From Planctomycetota bacterium (GTDB lineage: Bacteria > Planctomycetota > SZUA-567), in the NCBI GenBank assembly GCA_031270685.1, contig JAISXA010000095.1, positions 1 to 52,795 on the forward strand: a stretch of DNA of 52,795 nt. Reading direction: 5' to 3'. Shown here piece by piece: positions 42,935 through 52,252 of the stretch. The first letter of the stretch is position 1, and each line of letters opens with the position of its first letter. Under the pieces are notes generated by a model, which did not search any database, was not told the DNA's origin, and saw only the letters and a list, made by a program, of their open reading frames with translations. Made by a program: the position numbers and the translations under genes.

Positions 42935-43285
42935 TCAGCATATATGATCGTCGACTTCCACCTTGTCCTTGTCGGCGTACGGCGCGAGGGCGGAAATCAT
43001 CTTCACCGCGCCGTCGTACAGATTCCTGACGTAATGGACTTCGCCCGGCTCGATGTGGATGTAGTCGCCCGCCGAGAGGGTATGCACTTTTCCGTCCACG
43101 GCGATATCCACCTTGCCCTCGATGATGAAGAAGTTTTCCTCCATGACCTTGTGGTAGTGCGCCTTGAAATCCTGGCGCGGCTGGAACTGCACCAGCGCGA
43201 AATTCGAACGCGGACCGGTCATCAGGTATTTCGGACCGCTGTCGTCGAAGCGATAAGCGCGGTCGTTTTCATTCAGGACAAACAT
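42935..43285 (-). CDS. cupin-domain protein (paralog 1)
   Basis: MFVLNENDRAYRF..., AHYHKVMEE, and GDYIHIEPGEVHYVRN. Start taken at ATG 43285 by alignment with the paralog. The track start at 43390 would overlap lsrK. Confidence 0.8.
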   Translation of the reverse strand: MFVLNENDRAYRFDDSGPKYLMTGPRSNFALVQFQPRQDFKAHYHKVMEENFFIIEGKVDIAVDGKVHTLSAGDYIHIEPGEVHYVRNLYDGAVKMISALAPYADKDKVEVDDHIC

Positions 43286-43341
43286 GGCTGGTCCTCCACC
43301 GATGAATCGTCGAACAGGAACTGCGCCAGGCTTCGGCCCGA

Positions 43342-44907
43342 TCAGAGGCCTGGAGCCATCCACATGTTCTTCGTGAGTTTCTGGTCGCACAGGGCGAGTT
43401 GGGCCGCGTAGACCTTGCGCCAGTTCTCATAGACGCCGATGTACAATTCGTGATTTTCCGCGTCCGGGCGGAAGGTGTTTTCCCACTGCACCGTCTCCGC
43501 CGCCGCCCGTGATATGTCCGGATGGAGGCCGATGCCGTGGCCGGCGAGGATGGCGGCGCCGAGCGCGGTCGCCTCCTTCACCGCCGGAACCTTCACCGGC
43601 AGGCCCAGGACATCGGCGACGATCTGACACCACAAGGGGCTTTTCGCCGCGCCGCCGGCGAAAACGATGGCGGAGGGAACGTTGCCGGTCGCCGCCTCCA
43701 CGAGCCGCAGATGCCCAAGGGTGACGAGCGCGGTATTTTCCATGATGGCGCGGTAGAACGTGTACCGGTTGAAGCGCCGGGGATCGAGATCGAAATTGGT
43801 GAAGGTGGGCGCGGCGTGCTTCCAGGCCATGAAATTCATCACGTCCGAAAACGCGCAGAGCATGCCGTGACTGCCGGCCGGAATCCTGGCCGCCTCGGCG
43901 TCCAGGATCCGGTACGGATCCTTGCCTTCCTTTTCCGCCTGCGCCTTCTCCGACTGGCAGAAGGCGTCGCGGTACCAGCGCATGGCGAGACCCGGCTTGA
44001 AGGCGAGCGCCTCGTACTGCCAGACCCCGGGGACGGCATGGCAATTGACCCGGACGCGGCAGCCGGGGTCGGTCTTGCCGTTCCCGGTGTTGAATTCGTA
44101 TTGCCAGAAGCTGCCGCCGAACACCGCCGCCTGCCCGGGATCAACCACGCCCACGCCGATGCAGCCGAGCTGCGCGTCGCCGCCGCCGACCACGATGGGC
44201 GTGCCCTCGGCGAGACCGGTGTCCGCCGCGCCCCTGGCGGCGACCGCGGCGACGACGGCGCCGCACTCCTTGACCGGCGGGAAGATGTCGGAACGCAATC
44301 CACAGCGTTCGGCAATGCTCCGGTCCCAGGTCCGCCGCTGCAGGTTGAAAATGCCGGTCGTCGAGCCGTTCGAGGGCTCGACGGCGAGAACCCCGGACAT
44401 CCTGTAGACGAGCCAGTCGTTGAACATGCCCACCAGCGCGGTCCTGGCGTAGACGTCGGGGAGCTTGTTCCTGACCCAGAGGATGCGCGGCAAGGCGCCG
44501 AGGGCGAAGGTTTGCCCCGATTCGAGGTAGATTTCCTTCTCGAGCGCGGGATTCATGCGGATGAGCTCGCCGACTTCGTCGTTGCTGCGGGCGTCCACAT
44601 TGGCGCAGGCCCAGATCTCCACGCCGTTTTTGTCGTACAGGACGATGCCCTCGCGCATGCAGGTGGTGGATACGGCGGCGACGGCCTTGGGGTCGATCCC
44701 GGTTTCATGAAGGACGCCGCTCACGCATTCGCAAGCCAATCTCCAGTTGCGCGCCCAGTCGAAATCCATGCTCCCGGGGTAGCGGGGATCCTCGCGGTGC
44801 TCCCATTCCCGCTGTACGCAGCCAACCTGAACGCCCTTGACGCCGAAGAGCACGGCCCGTACGCTGCCGGTTCCGGCGTCTACGGCGAGCAAATACTTGT
44901 CACTCAT
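43342..44907 (-). CDS. lsrK: autoinducer-2 kinase (FGGY family)
   Basis: Colinear with E. coli LsrK along the whole length (LAVDAGTGSVRAV, NWRLACEC, MREGIVLYDKNGVEIWACANVDAR, VVGGGDAQLGC, VKEATALGAA, ending MWMAPGL against LWKAPGL). Confidence 0.9.
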   Translation of the reverse strand: MSDKYLLAVDAGTGSVRAVLFGVKGVQVGCVQREWEHREDPRYPGSMDFDWARNWRLACECVSGVLHETGIDPKAVAAVSTTCMREGIVLYDKNGVEIWACANVDARSNDEVGELIRMNPALEKEIYLESGQTFALGALPRILWVRNKLPDVYARTALVGMFNDWLVYRMSGVLAVEPSNGSTTGIFNLQRRTWDRSIAERCGLRSDIFPPVKECGAVVAAVAARGAADTGLAEGTPIVVGGGDAQLGCIGVGVVDPGQAAVFGGSFWQYEFNTGNGKTDPGCRVRVNCHAVPGVWQYEALAFKPGLAMRWYRDAFCQSEKAQAEKEGKDPYRILDAEAARIPAGSHGMLCAFSDVMNFMAWKHAAPTFTNFDLDPRRFNRYTFYRAIMENTALVTLGHLRLVEAATGNVPSAIVFAGGAAKSPLWCQIVADVLGLPVKVPAVKEATALGAAILAGHGIGLHPDISRAAAETVQWENTFRPDAENHELYIGVYENWRKVYAAQLALCDQKLTKNMWMAPGL

Positions 44908-44952
44908 GGCGTCTCCCCTGCAAATGAATGCGCGTCGGCCGCCGCCGCGCCG

Positions 44953-45927
44953 TCACGACTCGCGGGCGCGAATCGGTTCCAGGCGATTCTCCCCGGCGTC
45001 TCCGACCCCATCGAGCAGCGTTCCGGCGGTCCGCTCGTCGGTGATAAGCACGTCCACATACTTCCCGAGAAGGGCGGCATGGATGGCCTCGACCTTCGCC
45101 GGACCCGCCGCGACCCCGACGACGTTCCGCAGTTTTTTCATTGTTTCGAGCGGGGTGCTGATCAACCGGTCCTCGGTCGCCGTATGAACCAGCGAACCGT
45201 CCTTGTCCACGAAATGGCTAAGCACATCGCCAACCGCGCCCTGCATTTTGAGATACATCTGATCGTGATGGTTGAGGATTCCGGACTTGAAAATGGTGGC
45301 GTCGTCGTTCAGGCCGCCGACGCCGACCACCGTATAGGCCGACGAGGCGACCATCCGGTATATCTCGCCCACCGACGGTTCGTTCCTGATGGCCGCGGCC
45401 ATCTCGGGCGTTGACGCCAGGAGCGGTGCGGGGATAAGGTAGAGGCGCGCGTTGAATACGTTCGATTGCATGTTGGCGAGGTAGTTGTTCACCCCGCCGG
45501 TGAGCGAGATGCACGATACCGGTTCCTCGGCGATGGTGGCGAGCTCGTTGAGAACGCGGCTGGGCGTGTCGCCGTAACCGACGTTGATGTAGCGGTTATC
45601 CTCGAGGCGGTCGTTTATGTACATCGCGGCCGCCCTGGCGATGTTGACGTTGACGACAGACTGGTCCGACCCGGCGGCGTCAGGAACCACGAAGACGTCC
45701 TTGAGCCCGAACGCCTCGCCGAGGCGTTTTTCGACCTGGATGCGCTCGGTGCTGTCCTTGCGTATGTTGAATTGTATAACCCCGGTCTGACGGGCTTTTT
45801 CCAGCAGGCGGATGACCCGCATGCGGGAGATGCCGAGAATATCCGAAATGCCTTGCTGCGTCAGGTTTTCTATATAGTAATACCACGCTGTTTTGATCAT
45901 CAGAATGGTTTCATAGTCGTCGCCCAT
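44953..45927 (-). CDS. lsrR: SorC-family transcriptional repressor of the lsr operon
   Basis: N-terminal HTH AWYYYIENLTQQGISDILGISRMRVIRLLEKARQTGVIQ parallels E. coli LsrR, followed by a sugar-phosphate-binding SorC domain. Divergent from lsrA. Confidence 0.85.
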   Translation of the reverse strand: MGDDYETILMIKTAWYYYIENLTQQGISDILGISRMRVIRLLEKARQTGVIQFNIRKDSTERIQVEKRLGEAFGLKDVFVVPDAAGSDQSVVNVNIARAAAMYINDRLEDNRYINVGYGDTPSRVLNELATIAEEPVSCISLTGGVNNYLANMQSNVFNARLYLIPAPLLASTPEMAAAIRNEPSVGEIYRMVASSAYTVVGVGGLNDDATIFKSGILNHHDQMYLKMQGAVGDVLSHFVDKDGSLVHTATEDRLISTPLETMKKLRNVVGVAAGPAKVEAIHAALLGKYVDVLITDERTAGTLLDGVGDAGENRLEPIRARES

Positions 45928-45999
45928 GGCCGCGCTTGCTCCGGAAACACACGCGATCGAACAAATGTTTCGTATTTGATAAAATTATCAACGAACAGG

Positions 46000-46029
46000 A
46001 GTATAGCAGACCCGTTCCCGGATTGTCAA
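46000..46029 (-). promoter_or_regulatory. sigma70-type promoter for lsrR-lsrK
   Basis: On the minus strand: TTGACA (46029-46024), 18-nt spacer, TATACT (46005-46000). About 70 nt upstream of the lsrR ATG. Confidence 0.55.
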
Positions 46030-46269
46030 TACAATTCCCGCCGCAAGCGTCCGGCAACGCCGCCGCGCGGATTTTTACCCTGCGCCGATTTCACTTCCGG
46101 TCAAGCCGGCCTGGCTTTCTTCGCCGGTATTTACCGGCTACCGGTCTATTCAGTTTTCTTCTCCGGGCGAAGTGACTATCCCTTCGGCGTCGGAGGTTGA
46201 TTCAAGGGCAAACGTATTCAGGCGCTCGCGAGATTGGTCTTTTTCAGACCGCCGGCGGCAACTTTAGGG

Positions 46270-46298
46270 TTGACAAACGAGTAATTCCTGGCTATGAT
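46270..46298 (+). promoter_or_regulatory. sigma70-type promoter for lsrACDBF
   Basis: TTGACA (46270-46275), 17-nt spacer, TATGAT (46293-46298). About 100 nt upstream of the lsrA ATG. Confidence 0.6.
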
Positions 46299-46403
46299 CC
46301 GATTGTAACAAAAATATCGACGCCAAACATTTGTAAATGACTGGCAGATGCGTCGGCACCCGTCTCCAACGCACCCTGCATGTTTGGAGGTAGTAGCTTG
46401 GCA

Positions 46404-47900
46404 ATGGCTCAAAAAAACGCCTCAGCCGCCCCCATGCTTTCCGTTCGCAACATCCACAAAGCATTCGGGTCGAACGAGGTTCTCAAGGGGGTGGACCTCG
46501 ATGTCCATCCCGGCGAGGCGGTGGCGCTTATCGGCGGCAATGGCGCCGGCAAGAGTACCCTGGTCAAGATCATCATGGGCATTTACCAGCCCGACCGGGG
46601 AGACGTATTCATCGCCGGGAACAAGGTCAGCCTGAACAATCCGTCGGCCGCCCTGGCGCAGGGAGTCTATCTCGTTCCGCAGGAACCGATGCTCTTTCCC
46701 AACATGTCGGTCGAGGAGAATGTGATCCTTGGATTCGAAGAAAAGACGGCCGACCTGCGCAAGCGACTTCTCGACTTCACCCGCCAGATGAAATGGGAGG
46801 TGGACCTGTCGCGCAAGGCGATAAGCCTGTCCATCGCGGAACAGCAGTTGGTGGAGATTCTGCGCGGCTTGATGCGCGATTCCCGCATCCTCATCCTGGA
46901 CGAACCCACCAGCGCCCTCACCTTCGACGAGGTGGAATCGCTCTTCCGCGTCATCGGCGATCTCAAAGCCAAGGGAATCAGCATCATTTACATCACCCAC
47001 CGCCTGACCGAGGTCTTCACCATCGCCGCCAGGGTGGCGATCATGCGCGACGGGGTCATCACCCTCAACGGTCCGGTCGGCGATTTCACCCGGGACGATC
47101 TGGTAAAGGGCTTGCTCCCCCCGGACGCCCAGGAGAATGAACGGGGTGAAAAACGCCCCGTGCCCGAATGCGGCCGCGGGAAACCGGTTTTCTCGCTCAT
47201 CGGCTTCACCGGCTACGGTTTCGCCGATATCGACCTCGATGTCCATCGGGGCGAGATTCTCGGGCTCGCCGGGGTGGTCGGCGCCGGCCGCACCGAACTC
47301 GCGACCACCATATTCGGCCGCGACGAGGTCCTACGCGGAAAGGCCATCCTCAACGGCGAGGACATCACCGGCCTCTCCACCCCCAAGGTGATCGAAAAGG
47401 GCATCAACTACGTCCCCGAGGACCGCTTCCTCAACGGCATCTACAAGATAAGCGACGTGGCCGCCAACACCTCGTCGGCGCGGCTGTACCTGATGGGCAA
47501 GGTGTTTCTCAAGCGCCGGGACGAACGCGAGTTGACCAACAGCTACGTCAAGGATTTCCGCATCAAGATCACCAGCCAGGAGCAATCCGTGGGCAGCCTT
47601 TCGGGGGGCAATCAGCAAAAGGTGGTTTTGGCCCGGGCGCTTTCCACCAATCCCAAGCTGGTGATTCTGGACGAACCGACGCGCGGCATCGACGCGGCGG
47701 CGCGCGGCGACGTCTATGCGATCATCAACCGCCTCAAGGCCGAGGGGGTGGCGATCCTGCTCATCTCCTCCGACATGGAGGAGATCGTCGAGCTGAGCGA
47801 CCGCGCCATCGCCATGTACCATGGCCGGATCAACCGCGAATTCGAGAAAGACCGGATAACTCAGGACAACCTGATGGCGGCGGCTTTCGGGGCGGTATAA
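46404..47900 (+). CDS. lsrA: AI-2 ABC transporter ATP-binding protein (duplicated ATPase)
   Basis: Two ABC cassettes (GGNGAGKST / LSIAEQQ / ILDEP and GVVGAGRTE / LSGGNQQK / ILDEPT). GGAGG RBS lies before ATG 46404. The track ORF starts at 46380. Confidence 0.9.
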   Translation: MAQKNASAAPMLSVRNIHKAFGSNEVLKGVDLDVHPGEAVALIGGNGAGKSTLVKIIMGIYQPDRGDVFIAGNKVSLNNPSAALAQGVYLVPQEPMLFPNMSVEENVILGFEEKTADLRKRLLDFTRQMKWEVDLSRKAISLSIAEQQLVEILRGLMRDSRILILDEPTSALTFDEVESLFRVIGDLKAKGISIIYITHRLTEVFTIAARVAIMRDGVITLNGPVGDFTRDDLVKGLLPPDAQENERGEKRPVPECGRGKPVFSLIGFTGYGFADIDLDVHRGEILGLAGVVGAGRTELATTIFGRDEVLRGKAILNGEDITGLSTPKVIEKGINYVPEDRFLNGIYKISDVAANTSSARLYLMGKVFLKRRDERELTNSYVKDFRIKITSQEQSVGSLSGGNQQKVVLARALSTNPKLVILDEPTRGIDAAARGDVYAIINRLKAEGVAILLISSDMEEIVELSDRAIAMYHGRINREFEKDRITQDNLMAAAFGAV

Positions 47901-47974
47901 CAGGTTGGAATCCACCGCCGGGCGGACCGGCGTTCGCACCGGAACCGGAATTTGCAGAGGAAGGCCTTCGGTAA

Positions 47975-48991
47975 GTGAAAATCCTGAAGACGGTCGCGCA
48001 GGCCAGGGAGTTCACCTCGTTTCTTTTCGTGGTGGCCCTGTTCCTGATCGTCGGCGCGATCAATCCCGATTTTCTGTCCCTCCAGAACATCCTCCTCTCC
48101 CTGAACGGGAGCGTGGTGTTCACCATGCTCGCCGTGGGCATCGCCTTCGTCATCATTACCGGCGAGATCGACGTCTCGATAGGCGCGACGCTGGGTCTGG
48201 CGGCGACCGTATCGGCGGTGCTGATACGCGACGGCTCGTCGTGGATCGCCGCCGTGCTCGCCGCCCTCGCGGTCGGCGCGGCGATTGGGCTGGCGAACGG
48301 CATCGGCGTCATGATCCTCAGGATCCCTTCCATCATCATGACCCTGGGCATCAACGGCGTCGTGCGCGGTTTGTGCTACGTTTACACCGGGGGCAAATGG
48401 GTCGAGAACCTGCCTTTCGACTACAAGGCCCTCTCCCAGGCCACGCTCACCGGAGAGCCGGGCAGCGTCACCTGGTTCTATCTCTTCGCCGCGGCGATCG
48501 CGATCGGCATCTATTTGCTCCAGACCCGCTCGCGTCGGGGCAGATATTTCGCCGCCGTCGGCGATAACGAAGGCGGGGCGAACCTCATCGGCATCCCGGT
48601 CGTCAGGACGAAGATGACCGCATTCCTCCTGTGCTCGCTTTTTGCGGCGGCGGCGGGGTTGATGTACGTCAGCCGCATCGGCTTCGTCACTCCCACCGCC
48701 GGCAACGGCTACGAGATGAAGGCGATCGCCGCCTGTGTGCTGGGCGGGGTCAGCCTTTCCGGCGGCATCGGTTCGATGATCGGCGCCGCCCTGGGCGCGG
48801 TCATCATGGCCTCCATCGGCCGCATCCTCGTGTTCATGCATTTCTCCTCCAACTACGACAACACCATCACCGGCATTTTGCTCATCACCATCGTGGTCGG
48901 GGACGCGCTCCTGCAGAAGCGCGCTTCCGAACGGGCCCGCCGCAAGCGCCTCAGCGCCAGGATAGCGGCCAAACCGGGCGGGGGGGCATGA
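47975..48991 (+). CDS. lsrC: AI-2 ABC transporter permease
   Basis: RbsC-type permease colinear with E. coli LsrC (GEIDVSIGA, TLGINGVVRG, GDNEGGA, MKAIAACVLGGVSL). GTG start. Confidence 0.85.
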   Translation: MKILKTVAQAREFTSFLFVVALFLIVGAINPDFLSLQNILLSLNGSVVFTMLAVGIAFVIITGEIDVSIGATLGLAATVSAVLIRDGSSWIAAVLAALAVGAAIGLANGIGVMILRIPSIIMTLGINGVVRGLCYVYTGGKWVENLPFDYKALSQATLTGEPGSVTWFYLFAAAIAIGIYLLQTRSRRGRYFAAVGDNEGGANLIGIPVVRTKMTAFLLCSLFAAAAGLMYVSRIGFVTPTAGNGYEMKAIAACVLGGVSLSGGIGSMIGAALGAVIMASIGRILVFMHFSSNYDNTITGILLITIVVGDALLQKRASERARRKRLSARIAAKPGGGA

Positions 48992-48992
48992 C

Positions 48993-50003
48993 ATGCCGGA
49001 ATTCCTGAAAAAGCGGCTGCTGCGCTGGGAGGCGTTCCTGCTCGTTCTTCTCGCGGCCGAAATCGCGGTCTTCGGCCACCTCAACCCCCGCTTCCTGCGC
49101 ATCCCCGTACTCCTGGGAAGCATCAATGATTTCATGTCGATCTGCGTCATTTCGCTCTTCGTGACCCTGGTGCTGGTCACCGGCGGCATGGACATCCAGG
49201 CCGGGTCCATCGTCGGGCTCGCCTCCATCGTCGTCGGTCTGTTGTGGAAGGATTTCGGGGTCAACGTCTGGGCGGCGTCCCTCCTCGCCCTCGCGATCGG
49301 CGCGGCCTGCGGCGCCCTGTCCGGATTCTTCGTCGCCTACACCGGCGTCCAGGCCATGGTGGTGACGCTCGGGGGATCGTTTCTCTATTCCGGACTCGCG
49401 CTGGCGGCGACGCAGCTTTCGGACACGGAATCGTACAAGGGTATCAGCGGCTTTCCCCGCGCCTTCACCGCCTTTTCAAAATACCGCCTGTTCGGCATGA
49501 TTCCAAGCCAGACCCTGATCTTCCTGGCGCTGATCGCGGTCAGCTACGTCATCCTGCACAAGACGCGGTACGGCAGGTGCGTCTTCCTCTGCGGCGTCAA
49601 CCAGAGCGCCGCCGAATATTCCGGCATCAACAGCCGCCTGGTGATCATGAGCGCCTACATCTTCTCCGGAGCCAGCGCCGCGTTGGCGGGCGTGGTTCTC
49701 ACCTCCTACCTCGGAACGGCGAAGGCCGACTTCGGCAAGGAGTTGACGCTGCCCATCATCACCGCGGTGGTGCTCGGCGGCACCTCGAACCTCGGCGGAA
49801 GGGGCGGGGTGATCGGCACCGCGCTCGCGGCGCTGGTCATCGGGGTCATGCGCTTCGGACTGTCCATGTCCGGGATCAGCACGCAGTACCTGGACATTCC
49901 CGTCGGTGCCCTCCTGGTGCTCGCGGTGGCGTGCCGGACTTTCATGGACAACCCCGACATTTCGCGCCGGGTGCGGCGGCTGTTCGCGCGGCGGAAGGCG
50001 TGA
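48993..50003 (+). CDS. lsrD: AI-2 ABC transporter permease
   Basis: Second RbsC-type permease. Its start lies 1 nt after the lsrC stop. Confidence 0.85.
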   Translation: MPEFLKKRLLRWEAFLLVLLAAEIAVFGHLNPRFLRIPVLLGSINDFMSICVISLFVTLVLVTGGMDIQAGSIVGLASIVVGLLWKDFGVNVWAASLLALAIGAACGALSGFFVAYTGVQAMVVTLGGSFLYSGLALAATQLSDTESYKGISGFPRAFTAFSKYRLFGMIPSQTLIFLALIAVSYVILHKTRYGRCVFLCGVNQSAAEYSGINSRLVIMSAYIFSGASAALAGVVLTSYLGTAKADFGKELTLPIITAVVLGGTSNLGGRGGVIGTALAALVIGVMRFGLSMSGISTQYLDIPVGALLVLAVACRTFMDNPDISRRVRRLFARRKA

Positions 50004-50090
50004 CGGAAGACGTGGCGGCGCAGGACATTCATCCCTGGTCGCATCTGTGGCGACGGGAAAACCATATCGGGCACAGGCAAGGAGACAATC

Positions 50091-51137
50091 ATGAGGAAAT
50101 TTATGGCGGGTGCGGTTATGGCGATGCTGTTGACGGCCGCGCTGGCGGACGCTGGCGACATCACCGTGGTGTTCGTCCCCAAGCTCACCGGCAACGCATT
50201 CTTCGAATCCGCAAACGACGGCGCCCAGGCGTACGCCAGGAAGATCGGGTTCACCGTCAAGTACGACGGCAGCCCGGAGGCTTCGGTCGCCAATCAGGTG
50301 ACGGTCATCAACAATGCCGTCCAGCAGGGGATGGACGCGATCTGCGTCTCATCGGTCGACGCAACCGGCCTCGACGACGTCATGCGCCATGCGATGGCGG
50401 CCGGACTCGCGGTCACCACCTGGGACTCGGACGTCTCCGGCGATTGCCGGACGGTCATGGTCTCCCAGGGCACGCCGGACATCCTCGGCAAGATGCTGGT
50501 TGAAATGGGCGTCAAGTCCCTCAAGAGCCGCGGCAAGGATCCGGCCAAGGACGCCGTCAAGTACGCCTGGCACTACTCCCAGGCCACCGTCGCCGACCAG
50601 AATTCCTGGCAGGTCGCGGGCGAGGCGTACATCCGCCAGAACTACCCCGGCTGGATCAACCTCCAGCCCAGCAATTATTACAGCGAACAGGACGCCGAGA
50701 AGGCCATCAGCGTCGGCGAATCCATCCTGACCGCGCACAAGGACATCGACCTCATCATCTGCAACGATTCCACCGCACTTCCCGGACAGGCGCAGGCCGC
50801 GCAGAATCTCGGCCTCGACAAGAGCAAGGTCACCATTACCGGCTTCGCCGCGCCCAATTCGATGAAGGACTACTGCCGCGCCGGCGTCCTCGAGCGCTGG
50901 GGACTATGGGACTGCCAGGTGCAGGGCGCGCTCGGCTGTTACCTCGCCTACTACCTCGCCCGCGGCAACAGCATCAAGGTGGGCGACAGGATCAACGTTC
51001 CGGACATCGGCGTGGTCGAGGTCCTTCCCAACACCGTCCTCGATCCCAACGCCTACACCGCCGACGATTCCGGTGTCGTGCTGTTGCCGGAGCGCACCGA
51101 ATTCACTCTTGAAAACATGGACCGGTACAACTTCTAG
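50091..51137 (+). CDS. lsrB: periplasmic AI-2-binding protein
   Basis: Colinear with E. coli/Salmonella LsrB (FVPKLTGNAFF, TWDSDVSGDCR, QGTPDILG, TVADQNSW, VVLLPERTEFTLENMDRYNF). Signal peptide present. Confidence 0.9.
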   Translation: MRKFMAGAVMAMLLTAALADAGDITVVFVPKLTGNAFFESANDGAQAYARKIGFTVKYDGSPEASVANQVTVINNAVQQGMDAICVSSVDATGLDDVMRHAMAAGLAVTTWDSDVSGDCRTVMVSQGTPDILGKMLVEMGVKSLKSRGKDPAKDAVKYAWHYSQATVADQNSWQVAGEAYIRQNYPGWINLQPSNYYSEQDAEKAISVGESILTAHKDIDLIICNDSTALPGQAQAAQNLGLDKSKVTITGFAAPNSMKDYCRAGVLERWGLWDCQVQGALGCYLAYYLARGNSIKVGDRINVPDIGVVEVLPNTVLDPNAYTADDSGVVLLPERTEFTLENMDRYNF

Positions 51138-51144
51138 TCCGCAT

Positions 51145-51195
51145 GCCGCCGTCCCCGCGCGCGGAAGCGAAGAGGCGCGGGGACAGAACGGCGGC
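51145..51195 (+). promoter_or_regulatory. intercistronic GC-rich stem-loop between lsrB and lsrF
   Basis: GCCGCCGTCCCCGCGC ... GCGCGGGGAC(AGAA)CGGCGGC, followed 10 nt later by CCCCCTTTTTGGAG (T5 plus the lsrF RBS). Confidence 0.45.
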
Positions 51196-51224
51196 ACGCG
51201 CCCCCTTTTTGGAGATCTACTGAC

Positions 51225-52103
51225 ATGGCTGACAAAGACGGCTTGAAAGCCGAAAAGAACTACCATCTGGACGTTCCCTTCGCCAATCAGGGCGGATTTC
51301 ACGTCAAAGGCGCCAACAGCCTCGATTGGGGCATGAAGCACCGCCTCGCCAACATTTTCAATCCCAAGAGCGGCAACACCGTGATGTTCGCCTTCGACCA
51401 CGGCTACTTCATGGGTTCGGTGTCGGGGCTTGAACGGCTCGACCTCGCAATCCCCCCGCTCCTGCCCCATCTCGACGTGCTGATGGGCACACGCGGCGCG
51501 CTACGCGCCTGCGTGCCGCCCGAATGCCGCAAGGCGATAGCGCTGCGCACCACCTCGGGCTCGTCGATGCTTGACGACGACCTCAGCCACGAGGTGATCG
51601 CGGTGGACATTGAGGACGCGATCCGCCTAAACGCCGACTGCATGGCGGTGCAGACCTTCATCGGCGCGGACGGCCAGTTGTCCAGCCTGGACAACCTGTC
51701 CAAAACCGTCAACGCGGGCCTGCGCTACGGCATCCCGATCCTCGGGGTGGTCGCGGTCGGAAAGCAGATGGAGCGCACCGATCGCTTCTTCAAGCTGGCG
51801 ACGCGCATGCTCGCCGAGCTGGGCGCCAACCTGGTCAAGACCTACTACTGCGACAACTTCGAAGAAGTCGTAGCCGCCTGCCCGGCGCCTATCGTCGTCG
51901 CCGGCGGCAAGAAGCTGAGCGAGGAGGACGCCCTCTCCCTGGCCTACAATTCCATACGCGGCGGCGCGCGCGGCGTCGATATGGGAAGAAACATCTTCCA
52001 GAGCGCGCACCCGGCCGCGATGGCGGCGGCCATCGCCAGGATCGTCCATGAGAAATTCACGGACAAGGAGGCTTACCAGTTCTTCAAGGATTCCACGAAG
52101 TAA
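51225..52103 (+). CDS. lsrF: 3-hydroxy-5-phosphonooxypentane-2,4-dione thiolase (class I aldolase fold)
   Basis: Colinear with E. coli LsrF (LDWGMKHRLANIFNPKSGNTVMFAFDHGYF, catalytic-lysine context LVKTYY, VVAGGKK, VDMGRNIFQS). Confidence 0.9.
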   Translation: MADKDGLKAEKNYHLDVPFANQGGFHVKGANSLDWGMKHRLANIFNPKSGNTVMFAFDHGYFMGSVSGLERLDLAIPPLLPHLDVLMGTRGALRACVPPECRKAIALRTTSGSSMLDDDLSHEVIAVDIEDAIRLNADCMAVQTFIGADGQLSSLDNLSKTVNAGLRYGIPILGVVAVGKQMERTDRFFKLATRMLAELGANLVKTYYCDNFEEVVAACPAPIVVAGGKKLSEEDALSLAYNSIRGGARGVDMGRNIFQSAHPAAMAAAIARIVHEKFTDKEAYQFFKDSTK

Positions 52104-52252
52104 AAAACGCGGCGTCCCCGCGCCGTGTTCGCATTCAGGCTCCGAACGCTGTCCACACGGAATGGAACGCCTCCTGGGCTCTCCGGCCTTGGGGGGGAAT
52201 TTCGTTCCCGGCGGCCGGGCCAATGCGTTTTAAATAAATACGCCAACCTTTA

